Positions 60,624 through 64,000 of a DNA stretch of 64,000 bases are shown piece after piece. The position numbers and the translations under genes are program-made. Positions within the stretch are counted from its first letter, which is position 1; each line of letters starts with the position of its first letter. The notes under the pieces were generated by a model. It ran no database searches, was not told the origin of the DNA, and saw only the letters and a program-made list of their open reading frames with translations. Origin of the DNA: a virus (Duplodnaviria > Heunggongvirae > Uroviricota > Caudoviricetes); the IMG/VR virus record IMGVR_UViG_2851938318_000001. One strand, given 5' to 3'.

Positions 60624-61537
60624 TCGTCATCCTCATCCGAGTCATCCTCATCACAGGATGAGAGTAGTGGGTTAGTCATTCGCCCTACTTGAGTGGCGTA
60701 GCCACGCCGACAGAGATTGCGCAGCACACTGTATATTTCGAACATCTCGGTTCGTTCATCGCCAACATCAAGCTCAGATGCTATAGCGTGGCATTCAGTC
60801 GCGAGAGCCGATATTTTCTGAAATAACTCTGCATTATTCACTGTTCGACTCCTGCGGCGTTCTGGTAGTGGCATCCAGTGTGTGACATTGCTAATCAGAC
60901 CATATTCATTAGTTTGAGGATGGTTGCCGTTATCGTCTCCGTATTTAAGACTCTCCATAAAGCCATAATGCCTATCACCATTAACGCTCACAAAGCCGTA
61001 ATAAGCTGGTATAACGCCGATCTCACACGTAATCAGCAAAGGAAAACCAGTTCTCCAATTTAACTCGCCGATTACAGGCATTCGCTCACTACAGCTTATC
61101 CAACCATCCTTAATGCAATTATCTTGACTCTGAAGCATAGCGGCACGACAGGCGTTCCAGCCTCTCACCTCTGCAATAGCGGCAACAGCATCAACCGCGT
61201 ACATGCTAAGAGGATTAGGCATTGGTTTTTCTTCCGGTACTACTGGCACTGGAGGGGCGGCGTATACTTCAATTGTCCCATTATCAATAGGCCATTCTCC
61301 ATCCTTGAGGTAGTCACTTGTGCCGTCAACTTGCTGTTCTGCAATGTGGAATGCACCTATTGGTTTTGCCTCAAGCGAGGCCAGTGCAATTCGTGCCAGT
61401 TTTAGATCTCGTGCAACCATCTCAATAACAACTTTGCAGTCCGCACCTTCTTTACTAACACGTCCTTTCAAGTCTTCCAGATAACTAACGCTTTCGCGTG
61501 CATGGGAGATTAACTGTTCTTTGGTTAAGGTGGTCAT
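60620..61537 (-). CDS. DUF551-like prophage protein
   Basis: 305 aa; C-terminal region with the HWMPLPE motif I associate with DUF551-type prophage proteins. Confidence 0.45.
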   Translation of the reverse strand: MTTLTKEQLISHARESVSYLEDLKGRVSKEGADCKVVIEMVARDLKLARIALASLEAKPIGAFHIAEQQVDGTSDYLKDGEWPIDNGTIEVYAAPPVPVVPEEKPMPNPLSMYAVDAVAAIAEVRGWNACRAAMLQSQDNCIKDGWISCSERMPVIGELNWRTGFPLLITCEIGVIPAYYGFVSVNGDRHYGFMESLKYGDDNGNHPQTNEYGLISNVTHWMPLPERRRSRTVNNAELFQKISALATECHAIASELDVGDERTEMFEIYSVLRNLCRRGYATQVGRMTNPLLSSCDEDDSDEDDE

Positions 61538-61722
61538 TAGGCAGCTCTCTCAACAACAAGCAATTCGTCGTAGTCATAATCCGTTTCGGAACCATCCGTA
61601 CCGAACAGAGTCACTTTGTCACCTTCCATCCAGAAAGATTTAACCGCACATCGTTTGCCTTTAGATGTTATGACCACATCACCTGGGGTTACATCTTCAG
61701 CGCGAACTTCTACTGTTCTCAT
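61537..61722 (-). CDS. hypothetical small prophage protein
   Basis: About 61 aa from internal Met 61722. Confidence 0.3.
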   Translation of the reverse strand: MRTVEVRAEDVTPGDVVITSKGKRCAVKSFWMEGDKVTLFGTDGSETDYDYDELLVVERAA

Positions 61723-62263
61723 AATGCTGACCCTCTTTGGTGAAAACGCCTGATGCAATACTGTTTATGATGCTGTCAGTACAGGGAGTAGAAAGCTGGG
61801 CATCTCCAGCTATTTTCATGACTTCGACATTCGCATATCGAATACCGAGGTGTATCAGACCTGCTATACCTGACTTAAGTCGAACATTTTCCATAAACAG
61901 ATCCTTTTCCCGCTGTTTAACGGTCTCCAGCTCAACACGCAGTTTCTCAAGCGTTAGGGCCATCTCTACGTTCTCCTGCTCAAGACGTCGGATGTGTTGC
62001 TGTCTTTTATCCAGTTCGTCCAGCAGTGCAATCACATCGGGATCACTATCATCAACTACTGTTACGCGTGATTTTTCATAATGTTCGTCTGCAAAAGTAC
62101 GCCCTATCTTAAAATATCCGTCATCACTCTCACCGGAACAGGCATAAACAACATGTGCTCCAGATATGCGCTGTATTGACATTTCCTCGCCACAAACAGA
62201 GCATTTAGGCGCTGGTTTTGGTGAATAACGTTCACGTAACGTCAGGTAGTAAATCTCATTCAC
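61697..62263 (-). CDS. coiled-coil prophage early-region protein (Ead/Ea22-like)
   Basis: 188 aa; CxxC near N-terminus and a long heptad-like coiled coil. Confidence 0.4.
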   Translation of the reverse strand: MNEIYYLTLRERYSPKPAPKCSVCGEEMSIQRISGAHVVYACSGESDDGYFKIGRTFADEHYEKSRVTVVDDSDPDVIALLDELDKRQQHIRRLEQENVEMALTLEKLRVELETVKQREKDLFMENVRLKSGIAGLIHLGIRYANVEVMKIAGDAQLSTPCTDSIINSIASGVFTKEGQHYENSRSSR

Positions 62264-62715
62264 TGTTTATTTCCTGTACGAAGCTCAGCGGCAAAAGCTA
62301 CTGCGTGATCATGATGTTCAAGTGTGTATGCGCACTCAGCAAACATCTCCACGCCCTGCGCACGTACTTCAGCCAGAAAAGCATCGGTGGCTGGAGTCTC
62401 CGTTAATTCGCTAACCCAATTATCTCCGTGTTCCTCGGCACACATCGCATCGAATGCTCGCTCAGATTCTTTCAGGGCTGCATTCTCCGCCGCTAATGCG
62501 TCTCTCTGCGCCCGCAACTTCTCAATTTCAGCAGCCATGTAGTAACCAACCATAGCGAAGACGGCAAAAGAGTTGTCTGCCTCATCAGGCGACACTGAGG
62601 CCATTAGCAGGCCATCGTAAAAATCGTGACTCCCATTGGTGATCGCCACCGCATAGGAGTCGTGGTTCTCGCGCTTGTGAATGAGAACTACGGGATTTTC
62701 GATTTTGTTACTCAT
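62260..62715 (-). CDS. coiled-coil prophage early-region protein (Ead/Ea22-like)
   Basis: 151 aa; central coiled coil EIEKLRAQRDALAAENAALKE. Confidence 0.4.
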   Translation of the reverse strand: MSNKIENPVVLIHKRENHDSYAVAITNGSHDFYDGLLMASVSPDEADNSFAVFAMVGYYMAAEIEKLRAQRDALAAENAALKESERAFDAMCAEEHGDNWVSELTETPATDAFLAEVRAQGVEMFAECAYTLEHHDHAVAFAAELRTGNKQ

Positions 62716-62853
62716 GTGTTTTTCTCTTCTTTGCTGTTACATAAGCACTACCAAGTGCTGGTTTATTTTCACAAATAAGAAAAGGTAGAAAACAATTTAT
62801 TTAAGGCCATAAGTTATGGCCTTTATTTATTCATGCAGAAGGATTTGTAGCGC

Positions 62854-63234
62854 CTAATTGCCGTATAAAATGGGTTGAGGTGCTTGCCAGTAAGCTCCAC
62901 CGTCCCATGTGAACCCCATGCGAATAAGAGTGTTTATTGCGGCTTTGGTAGACTCTGATTCGACGCTGACTTTTCGAAACTCTTGAACCTCTTTCGCCAA
63001 CTTGTATGTAATTGTGCAGGGGACGATTGCAGCCCAGCCTTTCTCATGACTGTTAATGACCATCTGGATGTGACCATCCAGAATAGGTTGATCAGGCATG
63101 TTATTGAAAACGTCTGCCTGTTTTTGAATGTGAAGAAAAAGCCTTGCCAGCTCCATTTGCTCACTACGAGACAAGGGATTATCAAGAGGGCTTTTTGCAA
63201 AAGCTGCTATACGCTGTGCATCAATGCCAAACAT
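62854..63234 (-). CDS. hypothetical prophage protein
   Basis: 126-aa ORF. Confidence 0.35.
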   Translation of the reverse strand: MFGIDAQRIAAFAKSPLDNPLSRSEQMELARLFLHIQKQADVFNNMPDQPILDGHIQMVINSHEKGWAAIVPCTITYKLAKEVQEFRKVSVESESTKAAINTLIRMGFTWDGGAYWQAPQPILYGN

Positions 63235-63938
63235 CAGCGCACCTCACCATCTTTATGGCTGGAGTTAACTTCCGTCATTAAATGTCTGACGTAATCGACA
63301 AGAGAGCCGCCTGGTGGAATCTGGCATTCCTCAACTAACTGGAAGTAGATATCCGCTGCATTACGTGTATTGCTACCCGCGCATATTCTTTCTTCCCGAA
63401 GTGCATGAAGCTCGTTGATCAAACGGTCACACTCTCCGTTACGCTGATCCACAACAGCCTCAAGTTCTGCGACGCGTTCACCTGGCGTCTTACCTTCTTT
63501 GCGTTGGATGGTAACGACGAAATCGCCAATTGCAGGGACGTTGTAATCCAGCTCAAGGTAGTTTTTGGCACCGCTGCGGACGAACTCACCCGCGAACATG
63601 GTGGCGAACATCGCAGAGGCCACTTCGCCGTTGAAAAGTGACTCCAGATCTAACGGAGTCCCGGCAGCAAGAGCCTCTTTTGCTGTATCCATTGCATCCA
63701 TGAACCGATCAAACTCACTAGCGCGCTTTTCCAGGTCTTTCCATTGCTCGCTCCAACGTTTGGCAACGAAGTCTATGAATGTTTTCGCGGATTCATCAAA
63801 ATTCCCCTCAAACTTAACGATGCCTTTATCAATAATGATCTGGCCTACCGCATCCTCTGCATAACCTTTCAATGTAAACTTGAAAGGAAAATCAGAATGG
63901 CCTGTGACGTTAAAATGCTCTAACTGGAGGTTGTTCAT
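63234..63938 (-). CDS. hypothetical prophage protein
   Basis: 234-aa ORF; phage palindromic motif taagtaagtatttacctat at 63982..64000 upstream. Confidence 0.4.
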   Translation of the reverse strand: MNNLQLEHFNVTGHSDFPFKFTLKGYAEDAVGQIIIDKGIVKFEGNFDESAKTFIDFVAKRWSEQWKDLEKRASEFDRFMDAMDTAKEALAAGTPLDLESLFNGEVASAMFATMFAGEFVRSGAKNYLELDYNVPAIGDFVVTIQRKEGKTPGERVAELEAVVDQRNGECDRLINELHALREERICAGSNTRNAADIYFQLVEECQIPPGGSLVDYVRHLMTEVNSSHKDGEVR

Positions 63939-64000
63939 GTGTTTTTCTCTTATCGTTTAGTTACTACATTCTTACACAAATTAAGTAAGTATTTACCTAT

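Noticed and set aside
1-64000. Integrase and attL/attR of the phage element
   Set aside because: No tyrosine or serine recombinase-like ORF and no obvious direct repeats at the element boundary near 55000; the integration module is probably outside the window, so no att site is claimed.

Overview
Most of this window (about 1..55,000) is a siphovirus-type temperate phage element from an enterobacterial (E. coli/Shigella-like) genome, with its backbone on the minus strand. Reading right to left it runs: an array of small promoter-bearing genes (54944->49031), a five-gene ParB/ATPase/GNAT operon, terminase small and large subunits, portal, scaffold, major capsid and Ig-like decoration proteins, a lambda-ordered tail module (V, G/G-T, tape measure, M, L, K, I, J), a side tail fiber, a lysis-like cassette, a type Ib partition pair, and a DnaB-type helicase with primase. 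The plasmid-like maintenance genes (ParA plus a small ribbon-helix-helix partner, a GNAT-toxin TA pair, own helicase/primase, iteron-like repeats) give it a phage-plasmid flavour. Two inverted 1310-bp IS3-family (IS629-like) copies sit in it: one splits the J tail-tip gene and one lies upstream of parA; tail gene L is also frameshifted, so the virion module looks defective. Plus-strand accessory genes include a GIY-YIG nuclease, a Sel1-repeat secreted protein, a divergent SF2 helicase and an AT-rich gene block. The element abuts host metG (55097..57130, minus) and mrp/apbC (57288..58388, plus). Beyond mrp lie a LexA-box-controlled gene encoding a UmuD'-like (pre-truncated) S24 peptidase, a small 27-aa ORF, and a second block of prophage early-type genes. 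Two recurring cis-motifs, twin 55-57-bp palindromes, two phased iteron clusters and a 750-bp GT-skewed ORF-free tract are not explained by the coding features. All calls rest on reading the six-frame translations and the DNA by eye; no database search was run.
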